Source: Candidatus Poribacteria bacterium (GTDB lineage Bacteria; Poribacteria; WGA-4E; JAJDTR01). Taken from it: 64,000 nucleotides of DNA. Location of the stretch: the NCBI GenBank assembly GCA_965222225.1, contig CBDCTK010000002.1, positions 128,001 through 192,000 on the forward strand, in the 5' to 3' direction. Shown piece by piece: positions 30,511 through 40,712 of this stretch (position 1 is its first letter; every line of letters begins with the position of its first letter). Below the pieces are notes generated by a model. It was not told the origin of the DNA. It did no database searches and was given only the letters and a program-made list of their open reading frames with translations. The position numbers and the translations under genes were made by a program.

Positions 30511-31398
30511 ATGTCCAAAGCACGACAGTCAATTGATTTTTTCGAAGGTATTACTGATGGGGCCGTTAAGTCGAGGATGCTTAATATGAATTCGGAATTG
30601 GTAGCATCCAAACTAACAGGTGCGGTTGGTTCAGGCCTTTACAAGATTATAGGTAAGCATTGGCCCGGTTGTTATGATCCGAGGCAGGGCGACGGTACTG
30701 TCTTGCTCAACCACATTCTGAAATTCAAAACGTTCGGTGAGATTTGCCCACAAGGAACACAACTGCGGCAAGAATACCAATTTCGCTTAGTAGCAACCCG
30801 ACACGATGACGGACGATTAAAACGTGGTCATGTAGTTATGAACTGCAAATTATTCAACAAAGAGATTGAAACACAGCCTTTGGTGGCTCATGTTGAATAC
30901 TGGATGGCTTTAAGTCGTCTACTCGCACCAAGAGGAGAACGAGTACCAAAGGATGTGCCGGCAGAAATCGAATTCTTGAAAGAGCGTGTGCCAACCGAGA
31001 GCGATCTTATCAGCCGAGATACCGAGTCATACCGATGTTGTGTGCCCGACAAAGGGAAAATCTTCCAAGATACTGTACCCCACGCATTCCACATTGACCG
31101 TTCAGATCAGTTTCTTCATATCAACACGTTGGTTTATATGGATCAATCCTTAGACCATCTGGCTCTGCTTTACCAAAAAGCGGGGAGTGATCCCGGGCAT
31201 CTCCGATTCCGCGAACTCACTATCTATTTCCGAAAGCCTTTTGTGCCGGGGCAGGCGGCGGAAGTCGAAGTAGACGTTGCCGAGCAAGCAAACCAGTTTC
31301 AAGGTGCCGTGCGGTTCTACCACGCAGATAAGAAGAGAGGACGTAGCGAACGAATTTCCACGGCTATATTGGTGCGAGGTCCGCTTGTTCAAGGGTGA
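30511..31398 (+). CDS. Putative double-hotdog thioesterase-like protein
   Basis: ATG after GAGG; SDQFLHINTLVYMD resembles the acyl-ACP thioesterase DxxxHxNxxxY motif; IYFRKPFVPG strand. Confidence 0.55.
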   Translation: MSKARQSIDFFEGITDGAVKSRMLNMNSELVASKLTGAVGSGLYKIIGKHWPGCYDPRQGDGTVLLNHILKFKTFGEICPQGTQLRQEYQFRLVATRHDDGRLKRGHVVMNCKLFNKEIETQPLVAHVEYWMALSRLLAPRGERVPKDVPAEIEFLKERVPTESDLISRDTESYRCCVPDKGKIFQDTVPHAFHIDRSDQFLHINTLVYMDQSLDHLALLYQKAGSDPGHLRFRELTIYFRKPFVPGQAAEVEVDVAEQANQFQGAVRFYHADKKRGRSERISTAILVRGPLVQG

Positions 31399-31730
31399 AA
31401 TCAGTCAATAGCCGCTAGGAATGAGAACGAGTCTGTACACAGCCATTGGTGGATTAACGTGACTCAAGACGCTACCCGTTCCGGTAGGTAGGGATCAAGT
31501 GACTGAATAAGGAGCGATCAACCGAGTGAATAACGAGGGCGATAGAGTTCCCATGGAAATCTCTTCCAGCCCGACCCACTTAATAGGTAACGCTGCAGAC
31601 CGGGAGAATGTGAGTTAAATCGAGTCATTTACCGCTCGTCGTGGATAGCCAGATCCACTGCATTATGTGAGGGATAGGTTGGATATGCCTATCCAATCTG
31701 AAAAGAATCAGTAGAACTTCCTCTACACGG

Positions 31731-34700
31731 TTACCTGTCCGCGTCATCTTCAGTGATTGCACCAATGCGACAAATTCTTTTGAACCCGCAATAGCGACAG
31801 ACATCCTTTGGGTCGTGAGGTGTTAAGGGGAATTGACCGTTAGAAATCGAAGAGACATACTCTGAAACGTACAATACTGACCGATCGATTACGGATTGGA
31901 TTGTTTCCCCTTCGTAATCAAAATCTGGCGATAATGGGTGGCGTTTCGAGTTGGAGTTGGTAGGCAATAATTGGTGATTATTCGGATGTGCTTTGAACGC
32001 GATTTCATTGTATTCCCTATTGCCAATACCTAGTTCTGCTTTGCCATTTTCGCGTAGGATGTAATAGATACCTCCCACGGGCTGGATGTCCTCAAAAGTC
32101 AGTTCGCTCAGAAGTTGTTTGACGACAGCGAGATAAATCGGGAGTTGGAGACTACGTCCTTCTCGAATGGCGCGAATCTTGGGCACGCCGGCACCAGTCG
32201 TGTAGTCGCCAATTGTGAAGATCCGATCCCCGATTTCGACACGGTCAATCTTTCCACTTAGATTAACGCCCCCCACCTTTACGGGTTCCCTCGAACTCAA
32301 AATCCGATCTCCCGCAATTGAAGAGTTGCCGTATCCAAATCCGACCTCAAAATAACGAGGCTCGACCTCAAGTTCCCGTTCTCTCTCCAGATCTAGAAAC
32401 CGTGGCAAAATCCCGTGTTTGCCTTTTCCGCCAATTATGGCTTCCATCTCGACTTCCCAAAAGAGGTTATCAGGGACGTAGACATCTAGGACGTTCTTGG
32501 CGATCCGTGTTAGCTCTTGCAAAGCTACTTCAAACTCTGCATCGCTGCATTGAGCAATCGGCGGTTTGTCGTAACGTTGAACGTAAAACTCAGAAAGGAT
32601 TTCGTGCAACCTGCGTCCCTTGCCAAGAGTGGTAAGTCCGTCTTCATTTTCTTCCTCTTCATGTTCGTATTTCAGGCGCAGAACGTACTTCGACAAGAAT
32701 TGAAAAGGACATTGGCCATAAGATTCTAGTTTGCTAATTGAATAAGAGCGGCTGCGAAAGTTACTCAGCGCCTCCCAACTTGATCCGGAGAGCAACTGTG
32801 AAGACAACTGTCCTTTGTACTGAGGTAGACGATGAGTTATACCACGACTTTTTTCAACGCGCACACTGTGTTCGACGGCAGGAAGTGCACGACGAGCCGT
32901 AGATGCAAGATTAGAAAATTGTAGTGGTACGGGTGTACTGCTACAGTCCCCTTCTTCTAGCTGTGCCCAAACGTATTTCCCATAGTGCCTAAGAAAGTGT
33001 TCCGGGCTAAATAACACCCCGGATTTGGCTTGTTCGGTTGTGAAGTCGGCAATGTGCCCTAATTCGTCAATGAACGGTGACTGAATCAAGTTCATTTTGT
33101 CATCGTGCTCTGGTACAACCAGATAAAGATGTTCTCGGAACAAATTCAGAGCTTGATAAAACAGAAATCTCTGTTCGCGGAGCAGGTCGGATGCTTTACG
33201 TCTGAGATTTGGCGGTAGGAAGGCGTCGGGACGGAAAGTCGCCGGAAATTCACCATCAATTAGCCCGCCCAGTATGACGATATCGAAGTCTAGGCCTCTT
33301 GTCTGTGCGAGAGAAAGCACCGAAACCCCTGAATCGGTTTGAGGTTTTAGGTGATAAGTTGTTTGAGACGCCATGAATCTGAGCCAGTCAATATACGAAC
33401 GGAGTGAGTGGGATTGTTCATCTCCATGGTGAGAGATTAGAAACTCGACTAGCTCAGCAATGAGAGATTGGACACTGTCGAACGCACTAATTTCGCGCTC
33501 AATAGTGAAAGGATGGTCCTCGTGGAGGGCAGTTCCTTCTCGATCCAGAATCTGTTGTCTCACCCTTGAAAACTGTACTAGGCGGGCAACGGACCGCTTA
33601 AATTCGCCAGGCGACATTTCGGCATCAAATTCACAATCAGCAATGAGCAGCGCGGGATTTTCAACGGTAAAATACGGACTCTGGAATGCATCCTCCGAAG
33701 GTGCGGAGACGCTGTCTTCGATTTCGTCAAGCAACGAAAAGAGCGCAGCAGAAAACGGAGAAATCGAAAGCCGAGATTCTTCATCTAACGTATAAGGTAT
33801 ACCGTAAATTGGGAAAATCTCGTGAATGAGAGAAGCATACCGTTCTAGGTTGTAATACGTGAGGCAGATTCGATGTAGAGCAGAGGAGCATCCATTGAGA
33901 ATTCGTCCCTTGATTACTTCAGCAACCGCTTCTACTTCTTTGACACGGTCACGTGTTCTAAAGAGTGTAATCCGGTTGGTTAAATTCAATTTCTTAACAG
34001 ATGATTGCACTCCCCGGATTTTCCGGAAAAGATTTCGGGAAAAATGCCGAGTCAAAGTCGTATTCCGTGAAGGTCGATTCCCCGACTCATCAACTTGATG
34101 AAATCCTAACTCCAAGAATCGGGCATAGCTCTGTTCCACATGTCCAAATAAGGCATTGTTCTGAGCGTCCCAATCAAAAGTAACATACATGACTAGCCCC
34201 GGGACCCGGGCAATGCCTTCAAGAATTGACAAGTCTGCCAGAGAAGAGACATCAACCCCTTCGGCGACCACGAGGTCTACATCGGGAAATCCTCCGTGCA
34301 TCAATTGATTGTTCCGATTTTCTTCCTCAACTAGTCGGTTAGCAACCGCCCCATGTACATCCGCGCAATCAATCAACTGGTCACCGAGTCGCTCATTGTA
34401 GTTTTCGTAAATCGTGATAAAGTCTGAAAGTGCCTCGTTAGCAGCAGTCGGGTTGTGGTACGCCGAATTCACGGAATTTGACTGCATTTGAGAGGCATCA
34501 ATACCGTTTGTTTTGAGTTGACTAATTGCGTTTAGGAGTTCTGCTACTGTCCTTTTCGGCGGTGGGATTTCAGCCTTTGATTTCAGAGAAGGATATTGTC
34601 CGCCATCTACAATCTCGCGCAACCAGAGCATCTGAAGTCCGCGCGAAATGGTAGGTCGGATGTCGATGTACCTTGATAACCGGCTCACCACATGCTTGAA

Positions 34701-34889
34701 TGTATAAATTTTTAATCCGGCTATGGTGCGACGAGGAGCATGTCCCAAGCATTCACGTTGTCGCTTGAGACGCGCCTGTTCAGTTGAAACAATGAAAAGA
34801 AGAGTATTGCCATTTCCCTTTTCAAGGCGCTCGCGGATTACATCTTCAAATGGGAGGGAGGTTTTCCCATTGGTTAGAACTGTTTGCAT
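31731..34889 (-). CDS. AddB/RexB-like helicase-nuclease subunit with Fe-S cysteines
   Basis: SISKLESYGQCPFQF, GRRLHEIL, GKIDRVE, DYTTG, SLQLPIY, CRYCGFKRICR. Confidence 0.85.
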   Translation of the reverse strand: MQTVLTNGKTSLPFEDVIRERLEKGNGNTLLFIVSTEQARLKRQRECLGHAPRRTIAGLKIYTFKHVVSRLSRYIDIRPTISRGLQMLWLREIVDGGQYPSLKSKAEIPPPKRTVAELLNAISQLKTNGIDASQMQSNSVNSAYHNPTAANEALSDFITIYENYNERLGDQLIDCADVHGAVANRLVEEENRNNQLMHGGFPDVDLVVAEGVDVSSLADLSILEGIARVPGLVMYVTFDWDAQNNALFGHVEQSYARFLELGFHQVDESGNRPSRNTTLTRHFSRNLFRKIRGVQSSVKKLNLTNRITLFRTRDRVKEVEAVAEVIKGRILNGCSSALHRICLTYYNLERYASLIHEIFPIYGIPYTLDEESRLSISPFSAALFSLLDEIEDSVSAPSEDAFQSPYFTVENPALLIADCEFDAEMSPGEFKRSVARLVQFSRVRQQILDREGTALHEDHPFTIEREISAFDSVQSLIAELVEFLISHHGDEQSHSLRSYIDWLRFMASQTTYHLKPQTDSGVSVLSLAQTRGLDFDIVILGGLIDGEFPATFRPDAFLPPNLRRKASDLLREQRFLFYQALNLFREHLYLVVPEHDDKMNLIQSPFIDELGHIADFTTEQAKSGVLFSPEHFLRHYGKYVWAQLEEGDCSSTPVPLQFSNLASTARRALPAVEHSVRVEKSRGITHRLPQYKGQLSSQLLSGSSWEALSNFRSRSYSISKLESYGQCPFQFLSKYVLRLKYEHEEEENEDGLTTLGKGRRLHEILSEFYVQRYDKPPIAQCSDAEFEVALQELTRIAKNVLDVYVPDNLFWEVEMEAIIGGKGKHGILPRFLDLERERELEVEPRYFEVGFGYGNSSIAGDRILSSREPVKVGGVNLSGKIDRVEIGDRIFTIGDYTTGAGVPKIRAIREGRSLQLPIYLAVVKQLLSELTFEDIQPVGGIYYILRENGKAELGIGNREYNEIAFKAHPNNHQLLPTNSNSKRHPLSPDFDYEGETIQSVIDRSVLYVSEYVSSISNGQFPLTPHDPKDVCRYCGFKRICRIGAITEDDADR

Positions 34890-35299
34890 AGATCAGAAGC
34901 AAAAAGTAGCTGGAGACTCAAATAAGACTCGGCAACTCATGATTTCGGATCGAATTTTCTTCTTGGTTCAATATGCGTTTTGACAGACGATTTACTTGTT
35001 TCTGGTGCTGGAAATTGGAAACATGGTTAACATCTGCCATTCAAACTTTCCAACGCTGTCTCGTATCCATGGCATCTTTGGCTAGGAGTTTATCATCTCC
35101 CACGAATCTCTGCAATTGTTTTGTACGAGCGGTGCCTAACGGTTAGCACGTGTGAGCGTCTTGACGAATGTGGAACGAGGTTCTCGGCTTTCCTGACGGA
35201 CAACCCTGTTCAGATTGGATACTCAAAGAGCGGTGCACGAGAGGCGCAATCGACGTGTCGACTAAACCCCAGAATCTTAATACAGGTGAATCATTGAGA

Positions 35300-35328
35300 T
35301 TGACATAGGGCAACGACCACCGTAAAAT
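35300..35328 (+). promoter_or_regulatory. Putative sigma70 promoter of comF
   Basis: TTGACA-N17-TAAAAT, followed by hairpin CCTGTAAATCC..GGATTACAGG. Confidence 0.6.
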
Positions 35329-35412
35329 GGGCGACGCGAGCCTGTAAATCCAGACCTATGGAATGCGGATTACAGGTGCCCACCGTATTGTCTAAATTGA
35401 CTTGGAGCCGCC

Positions 35413-36192
35413 TTGATTACAAAATGGATTGAACCTCTGATTACGTTCATTTACCCGGCAGCATGTCGTGAATGTAGAATCTTGATAGGGATTGGTCAAG
35501 TTCCATACATCTGCGATGAGTGTTGGGCGAAAATTGAATGGCTCGAACCACCGTGGTGTCAACGTTGCGGCATTCCCGTGCACACTCAAGACGCCATCAC
35601 GGCTAACTCGCCGATCATCTGTTCTGAGTGTCTAGCCAACCCGCCATCGTACGGGAAGCTGCGGGCTACAGCGTTCTACGAACCAACTTTGCGCGAAGCT
35701 ATCCATCTGCTGAAATATGAAAGGAAACGCATTCTCGCCAAACACTTGATTCAATTGATGCAACATCATCTGCCTAATGATTCCTCGGGAGAGGACTATG
35801 ATTTGCTGTTACCCATACCCTTGCACAGGGTGAGGTACCGAAAGCGAGGGTTCAATCAATCAGAATTGTTTGCGATGGGGGTGTCCAATGTCTGGAACGT
35901 ACCGGTTCGAAATGACGTTTTGTTACGAGTCAGAAATACCGTTGCGCTCAGCAGGTTAAGCTCGCAGGCGGAGCGGGTGGAAACTATTACAGGAGCTTTT
36001 GATGTGCGCTTTCCAGAATCGATTCGAGGCAAACGTCTTTTATTGGTTGACGACATTTTTACGACCGGCACTACCATTGACGAAGCGGTGCGAGTCCTAC
36101 AACCCGCAAATCCTTTCACCATAGATGTCTTGGTATTATGCCGCACAAGGGTACCGGAGAGCAATCAATCCTCCACAGCAGACAATATTTGA
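35413..36192 (+). CDS. comF: ComF-family protein (double zinc ribbon + PRT domain)
   Basis: Four CxxC; PIPLH..RGFNQS; LLVDDIFTTGTT. Confidence 0.9.
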   Translation: MITKWIEPLITFIYPAACRECRILIGIGQVPYICDECWAKIEWLEPPWCQRCGIPVHTQDAITANSPIICSECLANPPSYGKLRATAFYEPTLREAIHLLKYERKRILAKHLIQLMQHHLPNDSSGEDYDLLLPIPLHRVRYRKRGFNQSELFAMGVSNVWNVPVRNDVLLRVRNTVALSRLSSQAERVETITGAFDVRFPESIRGKRLLLVDDIFTTGTTIDEAVRVLQPANPFTIDVLVLCRTRVPESNQSSTADNI

Positions 36193-36630
36193 GGCAATCG
36201 TAAATATAACGTTTCCCGTTCTGAAAAGAATCAGGAGACTAGATGGCGACAGCCCGCAGTGAGCCAAAGATAATGAGCGATTTGAGATCGACAGTTCTTC
36301 CTCGAACGGCGAAATCTATTCTTCTCTTCATATTTTGCAAACCTCCGGGGGCACGATGGCATAGGGTTATCCGTTGAAGAAGGTAGGATTGTGGGCAAAG
36401 AACATGGGCAAGATTGAAAATTTGTTTGACGAATGCAGGGCTTTTGTGTGATAATTTCAGCAAAATTGTTCTTGATAAAATCCCCGTTCATCACGTGATG
36501 ATCTAGAAACAGAAGCTGTTGAGGGTTTGGAGCTTGTTTTCAGGTTGAACATCAGTCAGTTGTCTTCTGACGGCGAGTTGCTGCTCGCAACGCGGCAGGG
36601 GGAATGGAAACGAATTGGAGGATTCTGTGA

Positions 36631-37635
36631 ATGTCGGTGAGAGTTGGAATAAACGGTTTTGGTCGAATTGGACGTAATGTCCTCCGAGCTGCACTTCATA
36701 ACCCAGATTTGCCTGTGGAAGTTGTTGCAATTAATGACCTGACTCAAGCGGATACACTCGCTCATTTGCTCAAATATGACTCGGTACACGGAATATTACC
36801 TGTTGAAGTTGATTCGACCGAGAATGGGCTCGTCATCAATGGCAAAATGGTTCAGGTATTTTCCGAACGTTCTCCGGCGAATCTTCCTTGGTCAACGGTC
36901 GGCGTTGATGTCGTAATTGAATCAACGGGGTATTTTACTGATCGGGAAGAAGCCGAAGTCCACATCACGGAAGCAGGCGCCCAAAAGGTGGTCATCTCCG
37001 CACCGGCTAAAGGCGCCGATATTACAGTCGTGATTGGCGTCAACGATGACAAATATGATAAAGAGAAGCATCATGTTATCTCTAACGCCTCATGTACGAC
37101 AAATTGTCTTGCGCCACTTGCCAAGGTCTTGCATGAGAATTTTAAGATTCTTAGCGGGTTGATGACAACTGTTCATGCATACACCGGCGACCAACGGGTA
37201 CACGATTTTCCGCATAAGGACCTAAGGAGAGCTCGTGCGGCTGCACTTTCAATGATTCCGACAACGACGGGCGCTGCGTCGGCTGTGGGACAGGTGCTTC
37301 CCGAATTGGACGGTAAGCTTGACGGTTTCGCTATTCGCGTTCCAACGGCAAATGTATCTGTCGTTGATCTTACGGTCAATCTGGAGAAAAAACCAACCGT
37401 TGATGTTGTCAACGCTGCCATAAAGCGGGCTTCAGAACGCGAATTGAAAGGCATACTGGGGTATTCAGATCTTGATCTTGTGTCGAGTGACTTTAACGGC
37501 AATACCCTCTCCTCAATCTTGGATGCTCCGTTTACAAAAGTCATTGACAATGGGCTAGTCAAGGTGTTGTCATGGTATGACAACGAATGGGGTTACTCGA
37601 ACCGTCTCCTTGAATTGGCAACACGGGTGCTTTAG
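36631..37635 (+). CDS. gap: Glyceraldehyde-3-phosphate dehydrogenase type I
   Basis: GINGFGRIGR, SNASCTTNCLAP, WYDNEWGYS. Confidence 0.98.
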   Translation: MSVRVGINGFGRIGRNVLRAALHNPDLPVEVVAINDLTQADTLAHLLKYDSVHGILPVEVDSTENGLVINGKMVQVFSERSPANLPWSTVGVDVVIESTGYFTDREEAEVHITEAGAQKVVISAPAKGADITVVIGVNDDKYDKEKHHVISNASCTTNCLAPLAKVLHENFKILSGLMTTVHAYTGDQRVHDFPHKDLRRARAAALSMIPTTTGAASAVGQVLPELDGKLDGFAIRVPTANVSVVDLTVNLEKKPTVDVVNAAIKRASERELKGILGYSDLDLVSSDFNGNTLSSILDAPFTKVIDNGLVKVLSWYDNEWGYSNRLLELATRVL

Positions 37636-37653
37636 GTAGGAGACGATTGGTAC

Positions 37654-38415
37654 GTGAGAACTCCCATTGTAGTTGCCAATTGGAAGCTCAACAAGAGCGT
37701 TGGTGAAGCCGTCAGATTTGCATCCGCACTCAGGGGCATGGTTTCGGATGTTGGCGGGGTAGAAATCGTTGTAGCACCAGCTTTTACCGCATTATCTTGC
37801 GTGGCTTCGACGTTGCAGGGAAGTAATATCCATCTCTCCGCCCAAGACGTTTTTTGGGAGGATAATGGTGCCTTCACGGGAGAGATTTCGCCAGCGATGC
37901 TTAAAGACGTAGGTTGTGAGTATGTGATAATCGGACATTCAGAACGACGTCAATACTTTGGCGAGACAAACGAAGCGGTCAGCAGGAAGGTCAAAGCCGC
38001 GCTTTCTAACGACCTAAAACCCATATTATGTGTTGGCGAGAGCCTTGAAGACCGGGAGGCGGGTCGGACGGAATCGGTAATCGAAGACCACGTCAGAAAC
38101 GCAATTGCAGGCATCTCACCGGATGCGATACTGTCAACGGTTGTTGCTTATGAGCCTGTCTGGGCAATTGGCACCGGTGTGACGGCAACATCTGATCAGG
38201 CGCAGAACGCCCATATATTTATCAGATCGTTGTTGTCGGAAATGTACCCCGTCGACTTGGCAGCCGAGGTTCGTATTCAATATGGAGGCAGCGTTAAACC
38301 GGATAATACCTCCGAATTGATGGCGCAACCGGATGTGGATGGTGCGTTGGTTGGCAGTGCTAGCTTGGAAGTTGAGTCCTTTGAACAGATTGTAAAATCG
38401 GCGAATAAACAGTAA
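37654..38415 (+). CDS. tpiA: Triosephosphate isomerase
   Basis: ANWK, GAFTGEIS, GHSERR, AYEPVWAIGTG, YGGSVKP. Confidence 0.97.
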   Translation: MRTPIVVANWKLNKSVGEAVRFASALRGMVSDVGGVEIVVAPAFTALSCVASTLQGSNIHLSAQDVFWEDNGAFTGEISPAMLKDVGCEYVIIGHSERRQYFGETNEAVSRKVKAALSNDLKPILCVGESLEDREAGRTESVIEDHVRNAIAGISPDAILSTVVAYEPVWAIGTGVTATSDQAQNAHIFIRSLLSEMYPVDLAAEVRIQYGGSVKPDNTSELMAQPDVDGALVGSASLEVESFEQIVKSANKQ

Positions 38416-38462
38416 GTAGCAAACACCTGAGCTAAACCTTAATCTAGAAAAGAGAGAGCCTT

Positions 38463-38891
38463 ATGGAAATTATTGTAGGAATTGTAGTCGCCCTTTTTGT
38501 CCCTGTGTGTGTATTGTTAACAATTAGCATTTTGCTGCAGGATAGTAAAGGAGAGGGGCTGTCGGGAAGTGCATTCGGCGCATCAGAGATGCAGTCCCTT
38601 CTTGGCGGGCAAGGCGCTGCTACGTTCCTGTCGAAGTTGACTACATACGTGGCAATCGCCTTTATGATCATTGCGCTATTTCTCATGCGATTCTATGGCG
38701 GCGGGAATAGTGGCACGCTTACCCCCTTGCAAATGGAGTCGGAACAGACTCAGGTGTCCACGGGCGATTATGAAGCTGACAACGTCAGCGACGAGGGCGT
38801 GACCAGCCAAACCGAAGGGGCTGATGAGACGGCAGCTGAATCAACGAACTCTGATAGCGATGACGTTGAAACAGCGCCTTCCAGTGAGTAA
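38463..38891 (+). CDS. secG: Preprotein translocase subunit SecG with acidic C-terminal tail
   Basis: ILLQDSKGEGLSGSAFG, FLSKLT, two TMs; canonical position after tpiA. Confidence 0.9.
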   Translation: MEIIVGIVVALFVPVCVLLTISILLQDSKGEGLSGSAFGASEMQSLLGGQGAATFLSKLTTYVAIAFMIIALFLMRFYGGGNSGTLTPLQMESEQTQVSTGDYEADNVSDEGVTSQTEGADETAAESTNSDSDDVETAPSSE

Positions 38892-38999
38892 GAGATTAGA
38901 TAGAGGGCAGGATTGGAAATTTATTTCCGCTGCTATGCTAGCGTAATTTTCTTTGAATCAGATTGCTCTTGTTATTTCACTTGGTAAACGATCTTGCCG

Positions 39000-39431
39000 A
39001 TGTCAGATGATACCCTCCTTCAGCATTCATGGATAGTTCATCCGCTGCGAGATAATTGGAAACGAACCCTACTTCTACTCGTTTTACTCGCTATCTTTTT
39101 TACCGCGATTTACCTGAGTTTTCAGTCTATTGCCGTCACTATCCTTTCAGCAGTCTGTTTAATCTGTTCTCTATACCGCTATTTTGTCCCCTCCCGTTAT
39201 GAATTTTACGCCGATCGGGTGGTAATTGTCTCCTTCTCACGTCGATCGATGAAGCCGTGGTCTGATTTTCGCAGTTTTTACGCCGATCGCAACGGAGTGT
39301 TACTAAGTCCATTCGCGCGACCGTCTCGGTTAGAGAATTTTCGTGGCGTCTATGTGCGTTTTGGAGACAGCAAACGCCATGAGATACTTGATTTCATCCA
39401 GCGAAAAGTCCGCCCCGATTCAATCTCGTGA
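39000..39431 (+). CDS. Small membrane protein of unknown function
   Basis: Two TM segments; GVLLSPFARPSRLENFRG. Confidence 0.7.
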   Translation: MSDDTLLQHSWIVHPLRDNWKRTLLLLVLLAIFFTAIYLSFQSIAVTILSAVCLICSLYRYFVPSRYEFYADRVVIVSFSRRSMKPWSDFRSFYADRNGVLLSPFARPSRLENFRGVYVRFGDSKRHEILDFIQRKVRPDSIS

Positions 39432-39451
39432 TTTCTCGCGCATCTGCCTAC

Positions 39452-39778
39452 CTATGAACCGGGTGAATTCCTTTCGCTGTCACCGGTGCTCAGCTGGCAA
39501 GCGCAAGGCGTAGATTGGCATTTCGGACATCCATTTGCGTAAACTACCGCAGCTTCTTGGAGGTCTATACTAAGCAGGTTGGCGAGCGTAGCGAGCCAAG
39601 CCAAGACATCGGCGAATTCCTCTTTAAGCCGTTGAGTTTGGCGCGGATCGCTACGAATCTCCTTTGCAAGTTCTCCCACCTCTTCCGTAAACCAAACAAA
39701 TGTACCCTCCACGCCGCGCGCAGCGTCCTGATCAAAGTAAATCTGTTCAATCAGCTTCTGGAATTCTTGAACGGTCAT
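39452..39778 (-). CDS. MazG-like nucleotide pyrophosphohydrolase
   Basis: EEVGELAK..EEFADVLAW; C-terminal CPKCQSTPCAC. Confidence 0.88.
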   Translation of the reverse strand: MTVQEFQKLIEQIYFDQDAARGVEGTFVWFTEEVGELAKEIRSDPRQTQRLKEEFADVLAWLATLANLLSIDLQEAAVVYANGCPKCQSTPCACQLSTGDSERNSPGS

Positions 39779-39826
39779 TGGCGTAATAAAGTAGAAAAAT
39801 ACGCGGAGTGCCGGGATTCCATTACC

Positions 39827-40699
39827 TTACCGAAGTTTCTCAATCATTGCGAACAGGTTCTTCATGCAGATTTGAGACGCCTCCTCACCAGCTTCAGAAA
39901 ACGAGCTTCCTCCAGGCCGATTGAGCAATCCCTCGTCAATTTTTAGCGCCGGACGCCAGTGGGTCTCCAGAGAGATGTAGCCATCGTATCCATCGTCCAC
40001 TAACGCCTGAAGTTGGTTTTTCCAGTCAATCACCCCTTCGCCGATCGCCACACACTCTATTTTACCCGTGTCTCTGTTTTTGGCTGAATCCTTCACATGG
40101 ACATGAACCATCATACACTTCAAACGTTCATAGCCATCGGGATAAGGAGTTTCACCCCATCCCTCGGCGTGGAATTCATTTGCCGGGTCCCATACTACGC
40201 GAACATTTGACGAATCAATCTCACGAACAAAACGTTCCGTCAGTTTGGCGGTTGCAAGCGAAGTCGAAGCTTCGTTCTCTAGCCCCAGAATAATTCCCTC
40301 GCTTTCGGCAATCTTTACCGGTTCATCATAAGCAGAGACAATCTCACTCCATCGTTCCTCAACATCGTCCATTTTCCAAAATGCGAACGTACGAATCAGG
40401 TTCGCGTCAAACGCCTTGGCTAATTTAATGCACGCCCGCAGAATCTCGAGGTGTTCTTCGCGCGCCTTCAGATCATCAATATCACATTTGAGGAAAGGTG
40501 ATGCGATCCCGACTATTTGGATGCCGGGGCCATCCAAGACACGTTTCATCTGGTCAATATCATGGGTCGTCAACGCCTGTGGCGGCTTGTTCCAGACAGA
40601 TCGAATTTCAATCGCCCCCAGATTGAATTCTGCAGCAAAATTCACGACGTTTTGGAAATCTTGCGAAACCTCATCGCCTACGACACTGATTTTGAACAT
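39827..40699 (-). CDS. Sugar phosphate isomerase/epimerase (xylose isomerase-like TIM barrel)
   Basis: LENE, WDPAN, HVHVKD, ISLETH. Confidence 0.88.
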   Translation of the reverse strand: MFKISVVGDEVSQDFQNVVNFAAEFNLGAIEIRSVWNKPPQALTTHDIDQMKRVLDGPGIQIVGIASPFLKCDIDDLKAREEHLEILRACIKLAKAFDANLIRTFAFWKMDDVEERWSEIVSAYDEPVKIAESEGIILGLENEASTSLATAKLTERFVREIDSSNVRVVWDPANEFHAEGWGETPYPDGYERLKCMMVHVHVKDSAKNRDTGKIECVAIGEGVIDWKNQLQALVDDGYDGYISLETHWRPALKIDEGLLNRPGGSSFSEAGEEASQICMKNLFAMIEKLR

Positions 40700-40712
40700 G
40701 CTCTTCTCTTTT

